From IMG/VR virus record IMGVR_UViG_3300008952_000017: a stretch of 64,000 bases of DNA, one strand, 5' to 3'. This document shows positions 8,958-22,700 of this stretch, piece after piece. Position numbers and translations under genes: made by a program. Each line of letters starts with the position of its first letter. Within the stretch, counting starts at the first letter, position 1. Source of the DNA: an uncultured virus (IMG/VR IMGVR_UViG_3300008952_000017). Its lineage: Duplodnaviria; Heunggongvirae; Uroviricota; Caudoviricetes. Under the pieces are notes generated by a model. That model worked only from the letters and a program-made list of their open reading frames with translations, did not search any database and was not told the origin of the DNA.

Positions 8958-10741
8958 TATAGATTCCTCCTAGTTAGTATACCCTTGACCGTACCAATCT
9001 CATGAGACTTAGGTCTCAGTAAATGAATATCGCAAGAGCCCGTAGGTATGCTACCACCACTTGGGGCACGGAGGGTGACACCTGTGAATGTTGTGCTAGT
9101 CTTGCCAGTATACACCACTTGCACACTCTCTGTAGTACTCTTTCTCATATTCAAATTACCACTACTAGGGAAGCCAGTAGTAGATGTGACAGTAAGCGTA
9201 CCGCCACTGTGACTGCCTGCGGTACGGGGGGTAAGACCCGTACCAATAGCACCACGGGCTGCACTATTCCCTGTATCATAGGCCCTATGTCCTAGTAAGA
9301 AACCAGCATGTCGCTCATTACCTGTATTAGTCATGGTGGTGACTCCCAAATAAGAGCGTGGTTTGTTCTTACTAATCCCACGCCGTTTGACTACACCTGA
9401 AATCTTGAAGGCGGAAGAACCTAAGTTGAATTGCTTGTTGGTATCAATCACTCCTCCTGATGTTGTATCACTCTCAGCATTAGTGGCGGCTCGACTCTCA
9501 CCTGCACTCAATACTCTCTCAATACCAGTAGCATAAGACATGAGGGAGAAGTCACTCCTAGCCTTTGTTAGCATGTGTTTCACTTCAATGATGGCTTGGT
9601 CTGATGGCTTACCATGAGGGTCCCTGTAACTCACTACGTCACCAGGAGATAGAGCGACACCTGATGCAATGTCTTCAACTTCAACTGAACCGGTGGCCTT
9701 CCTATTGAGTCGCATGATTTGATTAGCAGCCCTCTTGGTGGCGGCTATTGAAGTGGCTGTTGGTTCATAGTAAGTCTGAGATTTAATCACCCCTTCTTGT
9801 TTCTGCCTCTCAGTATCTTCAAGTATTATCTCGTTATCATCATTCAACGCCTTCGATACGCCCCGTACGACCACTCGATTCGGTGTGTCTGCTACACTGC
9901 TTGATTTGCTTTGTCCGGCAACGGCAGCAGAGATGCTAGCGTCCTTACGTCTAAACCCACCTGGAGTATAGATGAAATTACCATAACGGTCAGTTACCAT
10001 AGAGTAGTAGTCATTGCGTGCCACAGCCCTCACAGAATCAGGGATGGTGCTGCTGATAAAATTAGTAGATAGGAACTTCGTAGAGTGGGTGATGCTACTA
10101 TTGCCTTTGTAGGTAGTAGTTTCTGTCATGCTTGCACCCGAATGTGGGTGCCCCAAAGAAATAGAGTTAAGACCATGCTTCTTGCCATCGAAAAACCTCA
10201 TCACAATATCAGTTGTTCGTAGCCCTACATTGACAATTTGACCGGCTTTAACCGAGGGAACATCGGGGAAACCCAACTGTTCCAATGTCTTACCTTTGAG
10301 GTTCCTAAGATTCAATCTACTACCTTTAGGAGCCGTAGTAATATCATAAGGCCGGAGCATCTCTTCTCCGGCAAATAAGAAGATTGGCGGGGTTTTTCCG
10401 GTTTGCATCCGAACAGTATTGAAGAAGGCAGGCACGTTTTCTTTGACACCATCTGCAGTCATGTGAGCGAGTAAGAGTGATTCCTCCTCCTCGGTGAATT
10501 GATAGTCCCTCTCGTGTGTAGTTTGAAAGTCACTAGCGAGAGGTTTGGTCACACTATATTGACGCCCTGTAGAGTCCTTCTCCTTCTTGTAGATAGCGTG
10601 ATACAACACATTGTCTACCAAAGAAGGACTCGACACGCGGGAAGCCACAGCGTCCTTGACATCGTCATGCTTACCTGCAGCCACACTAGTAGTACTAGAG
10701 TTGGTGGTGAAGAGTGTGGGGAAGGCAGCAGCACCTGGCAT
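8957..10741 (-). CDS. Tail-tip hub (Tal/gpD-like) protein with C-terminal beta domain
   Basis: 594 aa. PNRVVVRG...QKQEG...AKR-like helix...LSPGDVV...IEVKH pattern of baseplate hub proteins. Located downstream of the TMP and Dit-like genes. Confidence 0.6.
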   Translation of the reverse strand: MPGAAAFPTLFTTNSSTTSVAAGKHDDVKDAVASRVSSPSLVDNVLYHAIYKKEKDSTGRQYSVTKPLASDFQTTHERDYQFTEEEESLLLAHMTADGVKENVPAFFNTVRMQTGKTPPIFLFAGEEMLRPYDITTAPKGSRLNLRNLKGKTLEQLGFPDVPSVKAGQIVNVGLRTTDIVMRFFDGKKHGLNSISLGHPHSGASMTETTTYKGNSSITHSTKFLSTNFISSTIPDSVRAVARNDYYSMVTDRYGNFIYTPGGFRRKDASISAAVAGQSKSSSVADTPNRVVVRGVSKALNDDNEIILEDTERQKQEGVIKSQTYYEPTATSIAATKRAANQIMRLNRKATGSVEVEDIASGVALSPGDVVSYRDPHGKPSDQAIIEVKHMLTKARSDFSLMSYATGIERVLSAGESRAATNAESDTTSGGVIDTNKQFNLGSSAFKISGVVKRRGISKNKPRSYLGVTTMTNTGNERHAGFLLGHRAYDTGNSAARGAIGTGLTPRTAGSHSGGTLTVTSTTGFPSSGNLNMRKSTTESVQVVYTGKTSTTFTGVTLRAPSGGSIPTGSCDIHLLRPKSHEIGTVKGILTRRNL

Positions 10742-13700
10742 CAGCCGTTCACCTCGTTATCAGACCTACTACTTTCACTGCCGTGTGCACTCTTGTTGAG
10801 GTTGTCGCCTGGATAGATACTCTGTGTATACCGAGGCTGTATACTGAAATCTCCTTCCCGAGCAGCGTCTGCCCTCATATGCTGTAGCGTATTGTTGGCC
10901 ACTACAATACGAGCAATGCTCTGCTTGAGACTGTTAGAGAAGGAACTACTCTCACTACCTTGAATCCTAGGCCCTGTGCTAGAAGGGACTGTGTAACTGT
11001 CAGAGGTGAAGAAGTAAGTAGGGGGATACGGGGCATTAGTAGCACTTGGGTTTGTCACTCTGAGGAACTTGGAACTAGTCACTGCTCTAGCATTAGGGGT
11101 ATCATAGGAGAATACCCCGTAACGGCCTGCCGCAGTACCAGACAAAGCATGACTTGTGTCTCTGAAGACCTCCACGTGTCGGTGGTCCAGTACCCTCACT
11201 GGTCTAATGAGGAAGCGCATGGTCCTATCTTTGTCGTTAGTCCGGTATGACTTGGAATTATGGTCTGCTGTTTGATACGGGTTACTGGTCTTATGCACTG
11301 GGTTACTGCCTGACACGTCAGAGTTACCCCAGCCTAAGTCAGATATGGGCTCCATGTAATTAGCGAGGTCCATGATGAGATTACCACCTAGTGGCCAAAG
11401 CCCGTGTGTGTGGTTGAGTCTCATTACCTGCTTGAAATTTGAGAAGTTGAGACTATCTAGCCTATAATCGTCCAATGCTCTAGTATCTGTCTTGACTCCA
11501 GCGGCTAGGATGTAACGCTTACCAGCCCCTCTATCAGTATGGAGGCTGTGGGCTTCAGTGGCTATGGCAACATAATCATGCTGGCTTGTATCATTAACTT
11601 CACCCACTGTAATGACATCTAATCCAATTCTAGGAGCGATACGTGATATTGGCTCTTGTAGAGTCTCTGAAGCAGGGAGTAAATCAGCAGTCGCTTTCTC
11701 CACATTTGCCCCTGCCATCGCCTCAGGTTTGAGTAATCCATCATCAGCAGCCACATCCAAACGACTACTAATGCCTCGCTTTACTTCAGTAATCTGCAAG
11801 GAGTCATTTCTAGGTCTCACATATCCTACTCCCTTTGGTGGTTCACTGGTCGCGTGAGAAAGCATCAAACCACTGGAGGCTATTTCTATATCGACATCTT
11901 GCAGGACATCCTCATTGAACACAGTAGGCCATCGTACACCACGCCCATCACCCCTGTCTCCTACTCGCTTCGCTGTCGCTGGGTCGAAGAGGTCTAGGTT
12001 CGCACGGGAAAGACCATTGTTAGCAGGTGCTGCGAAGGTCTGTGGTGTCTTTGTCCTGTCAGTGGCACGGTACGAATCCTCAGGGTCCCAAGCAGGGCGT
12101 ACACCGAAGCCTCGGATTGGGAATCTCCTCACCTCCTCTCCTGTGGTATTACCCCACCAATCAGTCATGTAGTGTGCAATAGCAGGAGCAAGGCCACGTC
12201 TAGGCGCTTTGCAGGCTGTAGGTAGTGCCGCCCCACCTATGGAACCCATGTTGCCTAACCAGTCCCCTTGGTGAGCACGCACTACAGGGTGGGGGCCACC
12301 AGCACTGGAGTCTACATCATGTGCAATGTAATTCCTAACAGCGCAACCGAAGGGGCGAGTCATCCTACGACCATGGCTATACTTGACTTGCTGGAGTTTG
12401 AGGTCAGAGCCTACTAACGCAGAAGCATTAGTAAGTCGCTCTAACATACCCACATGCCCACTAGCAATAGCACTTGTACCACTACCTAACGAACTAGTGT
12501 AACTGAATTGAGTGGTAGTGACTGCATCACTCTGCACATAGGCACCAAAGCGATAACCGGAATGGTTGTTGACATATTTATCATCGAAGGCTTGGGTAGA
12601 CCACAATGCCCACTTAGGACGATTTGGTGCTTGGCGCACGCAAAACCGATAGCCGAAAGAGGCGTGCCTAAGATGAGTAGTAGAGTCAATGCTATCAGTG
12701 ATGGCGTTACGTGCTCTCACTTCATACTGGCCAGCCGTACCGCTCTCTTGGTACACTACAGAGTTGTCCCAATAACGACCCCATCCAGGACCCGCTGTGC
12801 CCCACAAAGCGAGGTCGCTACCCTGTGCACCAAAACGAGAACCTCCAGGCCAAAAGGCCCCATAATGATGCTTTTTGTCACTACCCATGTGGGTGTCCGT
12901 CCTCGATTGGGGTGTAGATAATGTATCGGGGCTGGCTGAATTGTCCGTGGGTCCACTAGTTGTGCTCCTAGCAAACCCTCTGAAATCAAACGGCCCATCA
13001 CTCACAGCATATGTGAAGTTCTGATACCTGATAGTCTCGAAGTGTTCGGGTAAGTGATTGTAAGGCTTCTTATCCACCGCCGCGTCTCCAATGTTAGAGC
13101 GACTGTCAGAGTAGAACGTCATAGGTCTACCAAGGTTGTAATGCCACATCGAAAGGTAGGCATCAGGTAGGTGCCCAGTTTGAGTATCTTGTGTTCCATC
13201 TTGTAAGTCCGTAATTATCTGAGCCAGCACACTCGCAGTTTTGTCAGTGTAAACCTCACTAGGGAGATAGGTGCCGTGCTCTCCTGTTAATTTGATTTTA
13301 GCGCCTGCAGTGCAAGCGGCCCAAAACTGAGTAGCATCATCTGCGGTGACACCGTAGAAGACATTGGTCGTTTGACTGGCCGCACCACTAGATACACCAC
13401 GATGAGTGTAAGAAGCCAAGTATGATATCCCATCACTACCCTTAACCAACAAACGATGACCCATATAGCGAGAGCCAACTTCAGGGAATAGTGAGTTATT
13501 TTCCACAATCAATTGAGTGTTCCCTTGGTCTGTTGCTTTGACTGTCGTGATTGCCACATGGGACATGTAAGAGTGTGTGTAAGGATGAAGGAAGTGAGAT
13601 GGATAGCCCTTCATGACATTCTGTGAACCAATAGAACCATACCCACTGCGACTGAACAAGTAGTAATCTTCCGGCCTATGCCACTCAACCATGCGATATG

Positions 13701-16700
13701 CGTTAGAGGCGTCTAAAGAGTCGCTACTCTTGAGTGCAGGTGCCCACCAAGGCACAGTGATAGTGTATCCTGGTGAAGCCATACGGAACATCCCTGGTCT
13801 GTAAGGTAGGCTCTTCCTAGACCAAATCGGAGATGTGTTCTCGTTGATTCCGAGAGGGTTGTATAGTGCAAGTGGTGGTAGATTGGTGAATTGCTGGTTA
13901 GGTGAAGGGTCTATGTCCAGCATGACTTCATTAAGATACACCTCACAACCTCTGACATCGGCTTGTATGGCCTCTGCTAAGATGAAGTCATAGTCCGTAC
14001 CGTTCCACTGCAAGGCTACGACAGTGGCTACTTGCTGGTCTGTGAGCAAAGGATATTTGGTGCCACTGTCAGCACCAAAGTCATAATTCTCATTGAAGCC
14101 CATCAACTGTTGCGAGTAGAGATTGGGTTGGATAATGATTTGGTATGCCCCTGTCTCCATAGGGTCAGGGAAGTTCCAATGTGTCCGATAGTAAGTACCC
14201 GCTTCTAGACTCAGCCTATGCCCGCCCGTAGCATTCTCCGTGGCGGTGGAAAGAATACCATAACCGTCATACTTCATCTTAGTCTCTGTCATGAGAGTGA
14301 AACCACTACCATGTATATCCGAAGGTGGATGCGGTGACGATGTCGATGAGAACCACAATAGTGCGTTAGGCCCTACACCATCTTGCTCTACCAACAAACC
14401 ATCACTGTTACTACCACCAGTAAGACTGTGACTGACCAAGGTGTAACCCAATTCTTGCTCAATGCCCTTAAGAGAACTATTGTATGCTCGGTTCTGATTG
14501 TAGAGCCTTTGGTATAATGGGTGAGACAGATGGCCAGGCATCATAGCCATGGTAGGCGTTATGTAGTGATGCCCCATACGAGGTATGGGCATTGGGGTCA
14601 ACCTGTCACTTCTAATGGCAGATGCTGGGCTCGCATTGGTCGCAATGCCCATCCAATCAATTGGCTTCTTGTCAGGACTTTCACCACTGACCTCAGCATG
14701 GTCCCTAAGGCGGCGGGCCGCGAAGTGACGAGTAGTGCCAGCCGGTACGAAGAAGGAAGGTAAGAGAGTGTCACCCGCGGAAGCAGTGAATCCGGTGCTG
14801 TACTTACACCCAGTGAAGGTAGACCCACTAACACCGGTGAATGACACTATATGCCCGTTCACAGTAAAGAATGAACGACCGTCGGGCAATTGTTCTGCTC
14901 TCCATATATCTGCATTGACTGAGGTGTTCACAGTAACTGTAGTAGTATTGACTGAGACATATGTGAGCGGGTTATGAGTTAGAGTCCCACTGCTATACCC
15001 TAGTGGCTGTCTCTCCGTATATGAGAACCCCTTACGTGTGAGATGGAAGAACAGACCTCTGTCATGAGGTTCATATGAAGTCTCCAAGAAAGACTGGTCA
15101 CCAATCTCCCCTTCTCTACTGTAAGGATATTCAGCAGCCCTCGTATCGACCCTCTCGTAACCCTCATTCTCGAAGAAGGGAGCGGTGTCTGAAGTGGTGT
15201 TAGTACTATCGAAGTTGGACTTGATGATAGAATCAGGCAAATCAGGCCTTTGGAGGCCCCCTGTGCCCACGCTTTCATGTTGGTAGGCCTGCACCCTATC
15301 GAAGCCGCTACGCACAACGAGGTTACCTGGTATGGTATTGGGGTCAGGGAGCCTAATCTTAAGGTTGGGCTCATTACCAGAGCCTGCCAAGGCTGGACCT
15401 TTGATATCCCTGTCCGGCACTCTTTGAAAATCACGCACTATGGTACCAAATGGTGAGCCACCCTCCACCTTATGCTCTTGACCTGCATCATCAAGTACCG
15501 TTATTGCTTGGAACTGTATTTCCTCATTTGGTATAACGAGAGCATTCTTGACATCTATAGGGAACTGTTCAGCCAAGTGGGGCTGCATGAGTTCCTGTGC
15601 TTGAACTACTGGGAACATAGCACCATTGGTTGTCTCAAAAGAGAAGCGGTTGTTGCCATAGATAGTCTCACCGAACTTAACATATGATGAGTTCACCTTG
15701 CGCCATGACCAAGGGATAGCACCCAGCCCTCGAGCACTAGGTGCCGGCATGCATAGGTTGCCTCCATCCATCCTCTTCCATACAATATGCTGCGAGAGGA
15801 AGTTACGAACGGCTGAATTCTGACCCCAGTAAGTGAAGGGGGCGTCATAGATTTGCTCTAGAGTCCGAGTAGTGTCACTCGCTACATGTGGTAACGGTAC
15901 CTCGTCAGGATAGTGAGGCAAACCAGGGTTCTCCACCTTATCGAAGAATAGGTCACCAGTGGGGAAGATACATGTCTCCATTGGAACTAACTCAGCGGTT
16001 GTTGCTGCGTTGCCTGCCCACTCCCCATTACCGGAAGCAGGTATGGAGAAATCTCCCGCGAATTGTGCATCGACATGTGGACCACCATGAGCATAAGAAA
16101 CAAAGCGGTCATTGTTGTGGCGGGAAGAATGAGACACCTTAATTGTGCCACCTGGTCCATCGTTCCACTTCTTGTCAAGCATGTCACCTGCTAGGACTAG
16201 ACCATCTCTGTCAGCCCTCGCGATGATGGGGAGTTCGGCTTCGTTTGAAATGATAACGTAGTGTCTAGGGTGTACTCCAGTGGATGTGGAGTCGGCAGCA
16301 GGGGTGTAGGATGTGTCATTCGCCGTGACAAACGGGTAACCATTGAGAGAGTGACATGTCATCCCACCACCGTAAGGGTTGGTCCCTAATGCTGGATGCC
16401 ATGCACCCAAACCTGACGCTATCTTACTAGTGCCTGGGACCACCAAACTGTTGAGCATAGAGTATCGTTCGCCGTGCCACCCTACTGCCCCTATCGGTCT
16501 TGTTCGGTCAATGGCATCAACCATGCCCGAGAAATGGACCTGTGTCGCTGCTAATTGGTCATAAATGCTGTCGGTGTCACTAGTGGGAACACTGTTGTGC
16601 AACGTCTCGGGAGCACCGTTACTCCATCGCAGGTTACCCGCCTTTGTCCATACTAACACCTGATATGTATCAGACAGAGAGGTTGCATCTGAGGACGCAC

Positions 16701-19700
16701 CACTGGCGACCATGGGGTTCTCCACAGCAGCACTGTTACTGCGGGCATTCGCACCCAAAGTGAAGAAACCTGTCGCTACCAGTGTCACACCTATGACCCC
16801 ATTACTACCCCCTCCACCTATGCTGATGGTCGGTACTGAGGTGTAACCACTACCACCGTTACTCAGCGTGACACTGTGTATAGGGCCAGTATTAGCAAGC
16901 GTGGCAGTGACTGTGCCTCCTCCACCAACTCCAGTAGAAACAGTGGGGGCACTAGAATAACCACTTCCTCCATTCGTGAGTGATACACTAGAGAGACTAC
17001 GAGTAGTGGTACCCAAAACACCCGTCAGTGCGAGACTGCTACCCCCACTGGCTGTCACTGTAGGCACACTGGTGTAACCACTCCCGTTATTTGACAGAGT
17101 GACACCACTAACTGGACCAGTGGCTGCCAAGGTAGCAGTAACTGTGCCCCCGTCGGTAACACTGGTAGTAACAGACGGTGCGGAAGTGTAACCACTTCCT
17201 CCATTCGTGAGTGACACACTAGAGAGACTACGAACCTCAGCACCTAACACAGCAGATGCGTCAGCGCCATCCCCACCACCCCCACTAATACCCACTGTAG
17301 GTGCAGAGGTATACCCGCTACCAGCAGCAGTGATAGTAATGCTCTTGACTGCCCCACCCAAAACCGTAGCAGCAGCAGTTGCTTGTATGCCACCCCCTAT
17401 ATTAGGAGCACCAATGGTTACAGTGGGCGCGGATGTATAACCTGACCCTTGACTATCTACTGTGATACTGGACACCGGTCTCCCGTTTGTGGTGGTGGCA
17501 TAAGTACCGGCAGCACCTGACCCACCACCCCCACTGAAGGTGAGGTTGCCTGTGGACTGATTACCGTCATAGGCACCTGCCCCACCACTGCTAGAGAGAC
17601 TAGCGACAGCCTTCGCAGCAACTTGGATGGTCCCTGCGGCATTTGACCCACCACCGCCGGAGACAGTGATGGCAGCACCATCAGTATAACCAGTCCCTGC
17701 AGTGTCAACAGTGACACTCGCTAATGGGGCGCCGTCACTAGAGGTAGCCCATGTCCCAGCCGCACCGGAACCGCTGCCACCGGAGAAGGTTAAACTCCCG
17801 CTGGTCTGACTAGAGGAGTATGCACCGGAGCCACCACTAGAAGAGAGACTGACTACCGAGAACTTGACACCAATAGTTCCGGCTGCACTAGACCCTCCTC
17901 CGCCGGAAAAGGAAAGTGCAGAACCGTTAGTATAGCCGGTTCCAGCCGAATTAACCGACAAAGCCGAGATTGGAGTCCCGCCGGTGCTTCCGGTAAAAGA
18001 GGAGTAATAACCATAGAATGAGTTAGTGTTAGAACCATCCGCAGAACCGGACAATTTCTTCAGTCGGAGCCAACCATTAGCCGGAAGATTGGGAGGGGGA
18101 GTATTAACCGGTTTGAGTTGAGCACTCCCCTGAGTGTATGAATCCATATTGCCTAAATCTACCCACGAGTAACGGTCCTGTCTAACAGCATCTTGGAATG
18201 ATGGTAGGAACGTACCACCTATGGCCTTGAGGTTACCCTCACCAGGATAAGAATTGATAGCAGCAGACACCACTGCACCTAATTCCTCCGAGTTCTGCAC
18301 CCTTGTCGCATCCACTATGAAGACATCAGCAGGTGGTGCGGTCTCAGAGAGTGTGGCATCATACGTGGTGAGAGCCACATACCCAACACGAAACATACTC
18401 GCTTGTAAACCAAGAGTGATAGTCTGACTATCCAACGAGTGAGTCTGTGTATTCGGTAGGTGCTTGGTGCTCTCTGATGTAGTGGGGTGTGGTGGGTTCT
18501 TACGCACAGCGTAATCAAACCAATTACCACCAGCAGGGAAACCACCATCCATGTGCCAACGAGTGTGGTGAGTGGTGCCGTAACTGAAGGGGTGAGCGTA
18601 AGCGGTTGCCGCACTGTTGTTATCATCCCCGAAATGGTTAGTGATGAGATATGCGTCTTCAGCATCTCCTTGATTGACATGACTACTTGGGGAACCATAA
18701 GCAGGCTCCCAATTCCTCATTACACTATAGGGGTATGTGTGTGTCTTCTGATAAAGAAGAGTGGGGGGCATGTATCGACGGATACCCGTCCTAGCAGTGT
18801 TGCTCTTACCCATTTGATTAGGTAAGTAAAGCCCGTCTGGAGTGCCTGACGAGTAGTAGACGTTAGCAGTATCTCTTTGTATATGTGTCACTTTGTTCAC
18901 TACCGTCTGACTAGCGGCAGGCTCTACCGTACCAGCACCAGTGTACTGATTGAAGTGCTTAGGTACCGATTGACCTGGCCCAAAGACAACATACGCCACT
19001 TCATTGGTAGTATCAGTGTAACGCGCATATGGGTGCGCGAAACGAAGGACCACGGGTGTGGGGTGAGTAAGAGGGACTGCATCATCAGTGCTGCTGGAGT
19101 CTTGGTAGATAGCCTCCTTATCACTTGAGGAAATACCTAGTGTCTGAGCAGATGACCCCGCCTTTAGGTCCGGCGCTAGCACTGCATCCGAGTTCATGAA
19201 CGGGGGAGTGTTCTCCCCTCTATGTTGGTTCAATAGAGCAGTGCCTGGGAACATAGCCAACATCGCTGTAGTGTCCAATATCGCATGAGCCCCCATATTC
19301 TCCCCAACATTCTGTAGACCAGCACAGCCGGTAGGACCAGCAGCGTAAGGGTGTGAGTAAAACTCAGTGTAATCATTCTGTGTACCATCATTGATATCCA
19401 TCACCAGCCCACTGAAACCACCTCCGAAGTAAAGGGGTACACTATGGTCAGGACTCCTTTGTCCACCACGGAAGTAGGTCAGTGGTTCACCATACACATT
19501 GCCGGCTAAACGATAGCCCGCAAACTCGTCACTAAATTGACTGTAGAGGAAAGACGGGTCACTAGATACAGAGAAGGCTAAGGTACCATCCGAGTTAGTC
19601 GCCCCTGCATCGAATGTGAAGAGTACACCAAGAGTGGCGTCGTACTCGAAGAAGCCCAGTGCATAAGTGTCTTCGTCAATGTACATAGCCCTCTGTTCCA

Positions 19701-22700
19701 CGTATGAAGGGTAACTCGATTCTAAGACTCTGTGGCCAAGCAATGGCCCCCCAAGGAAATACTCAGCCAACCCTGTCCCACTATTATTGTGCTTCTGTAA
19801 TTTCATCTGTAATTTGTTACTGTGCTTCTTATTGGCGTAAGTTGTACCAACCACAGTACCATTTGTCCTAACAGTATGCGTCTCAATACATGGTAGGATA
19901 TGGTCACCTGGCCACGACATGTACTTGTCACCTTTTAGGTGACGCTTCCACTCACTTACGTCAACTGCTTGGTTAGCACTGTTAACGAGTAAGGGAGTAG
20001 CGGTATTCGTATTGGGCCCTCTAGCGCTAGTGCTAATATCCAATATATTGAATGGGAGATAACCAACAGCGTCTTGTTTACCAGCCTCCAATTGAGCCAA
20101 TGTCAATTGGGAAGTACCAGTAGTGGTATGCTCTAAGCAGGACGCTAGCAGGCCTAAGTCTCTCCTCCTCTCGACACGGAACAGGTCCCTCAGGGGGGTA
20201 ACATACTGCTTGTCATTCAAGGTGGTGACACATATTGCAGTCTTAGCGTTGTCACCCATCCACTCCTTGAAGGTCTTACCATCAGTAGCGTACATATCAC
20301 TGATATCAAGATACGCCCTATCATTAGGGTCTACAGAAAGAGCATGCTCTACTGCCGCTGCGATGACCTCATCAGTCAATATGGTGGTCCAATTTAGACT
20401 AGGGCTGATAATAGCAGGGTCTGTGCTAGTCCCCTCTATTCCTGTATTGCTACTGGTAGCCCACTGTGTAACCGAAGCACTACTGAAATTAGGGCCTGTC
20501 ACTCCGTAGAACTTGTGAGGACCACTGTCATCGTTATGAGTTCGAGAAGTGTAGTGAACTACAGTGGTCGTGCTACCAACATCTGTATAGACTAGCATGC
20601 CACTATCAGGGAAGCCCAAGAAGCCCAGCGTGTCTATGGCACCTCCACCAGCACTGGAATCCACATAGGAAGGAACTGGAGTGACAATGGTGTGTAAGGT
20701 CAAGACAGAGCCAGCCTTCTGTGTCCGTACAGCATAACCATTCGCCGGAGCCTTAACACCCTTCCACTCATTACCTCTCCATGACTGAGCAGGAAAGTCA
20801 GCACGGTCAGGGTGATTACTACCCATCATGTTCTTGCCTATTGTGAAACCACCTTGTGAAACATCCCTGTCATCAAAATAGATGAGCACCTCATTCTCTA
20901 TCGTGCTAGGGAGCCGTGTCGCCTTACTGCTGAAGGGCTTACCCTCTTGACGATACACTAACCTCACTGTGTGGTCTACATTCCTGTGGTCAGTGAATCT
21001 GAACCCATACATATCACGGTCCCCAACATTGCTCTTCTCATCATTAGGGACATGTGCAGAGTAAGAGGTTGGACCATTAGCATAGATGTTATCAAAACGC
21101 CCACTCTGTCCATCCTCACCACAACCCCACTTACCAGCATCAGGTGCCCAACCTGGAACTCCACTGGCTACCAAACCACCGAAATTGATACGGGCTCTTG
21201 CCCTAGTGCCTGTTCTTAGTCCTTCTACTAGTGTTCTAGATTCTCCTTGTGGTTCGAATGATTCACCATAGACGGTGTTAGCAGCCCTACCTGTTGTCAT
21301 CTCATCGTTACCATCCCTGTCTGTGCTCTCTACTGCACTGTCATAACCGAAGTGTAGATTACTAACAAGGATAGACTCATCCTCATCGGTAGGCACCAAC
21401 TGACGTAAAGTAGTAATTGGGGCAAAGGGCCTCCCGTGTTTGTTGATAGGCATAGGTGCAGGGTGCATGTTCTCATCTTCCCCTTCAGGAGGAAGACACC
21501 AAGAGTTACGGAATCTACCACCATGCCCAATAAGGAACTCGGGTCTGTATGGGACTTGCCCTGTGCTGTTATCCAACCAAGCACAGAAGTTACGACCTGA
21601 AGCACCAGGAATGGTAGAGTGAATGATGACAGTGTAACCTTCCCTACCATCTAGGTCCTTAACTGGGCGTCCTATGTGGGCCCTCACATACCCCATGTGT
21701 GTGCCCCTGTCATTGCTAGCAGAGGATTGTGTATCCCAAAACGCAGCGGGGTCATGAGCAGAACCACCAGCACTAGTGGCTTGTAAAGCAGCAGATTGGT
21801 TCACCTGCCTAACAACCTCAGCAGCAGCAGACTCAATATCTGATACACCATCTGCTATTGCTACTTCTCCAAAGTCAATGGTGTGTCTCCTCACGAAATC
21901 CATGTCAGTCCAATGAGGTAGGTTGTCGAGAGCACTTTCCGCATGACTACTCAAATCGTGAGCAGTAGCCCGCACCCCCTTCAAACAAAGAAAGGCAGGT
22001 ATTGCTCGCGTGCCATCAGGTGTATCAAAGAAGGTAGTATTGTAATTGTAATTACCACTGTTCTCAGTAGTAGTCTCTTGGTGTCTCGCCTCGGCTTGAG
22101 CCACTGATACCGTGTCTTCAGCAGTCCTACCTGTAGAACCATCTATTGTAGAAGCACCAAAATCAACATAATGGTCGTGCACGAAATCCCTATCATGTGT
22201 GGATACAGACGGATTCATTAGATAGTTAGAGCGGTGAGCGTAAGCACTCTCCATGAAATCCGAGCGATTACTTGTGTTGATTTGACTCTTGAAACCAGCA
22301 GCGACATCTAGACCATTAACAGTAGGGGTGGCTTGTGATGTTTGGACTTGCATAAACAGGTCATGGAAGGCGATAAACTCCCTATCATGGGCGACATCAT
22401 AGAGAAGAACCCTTGCATGGTCATCAGTATCTAGGTAAGGGTCAACATAGGCCACCACAGGAACACTAGCCTCAGTGTATCCCAATTGTTGCCAATTGAG
22501 TGATATACTCTTATTGACATGCTGGGCGAAATTGGCCGCTGTCTCTCTACATGTGTTACCTATTAGGAAGTTCTCAAGTGGTAGTGTACTATTCGCTTCT
22601 GTAGTCAATGACCCCCTCCCTTCAGTAAAGCCATCCCACACCTCATATTGGTTAAACACACCACGAGACTTACAGAACATACCATCAATAGCGTGAGGGT

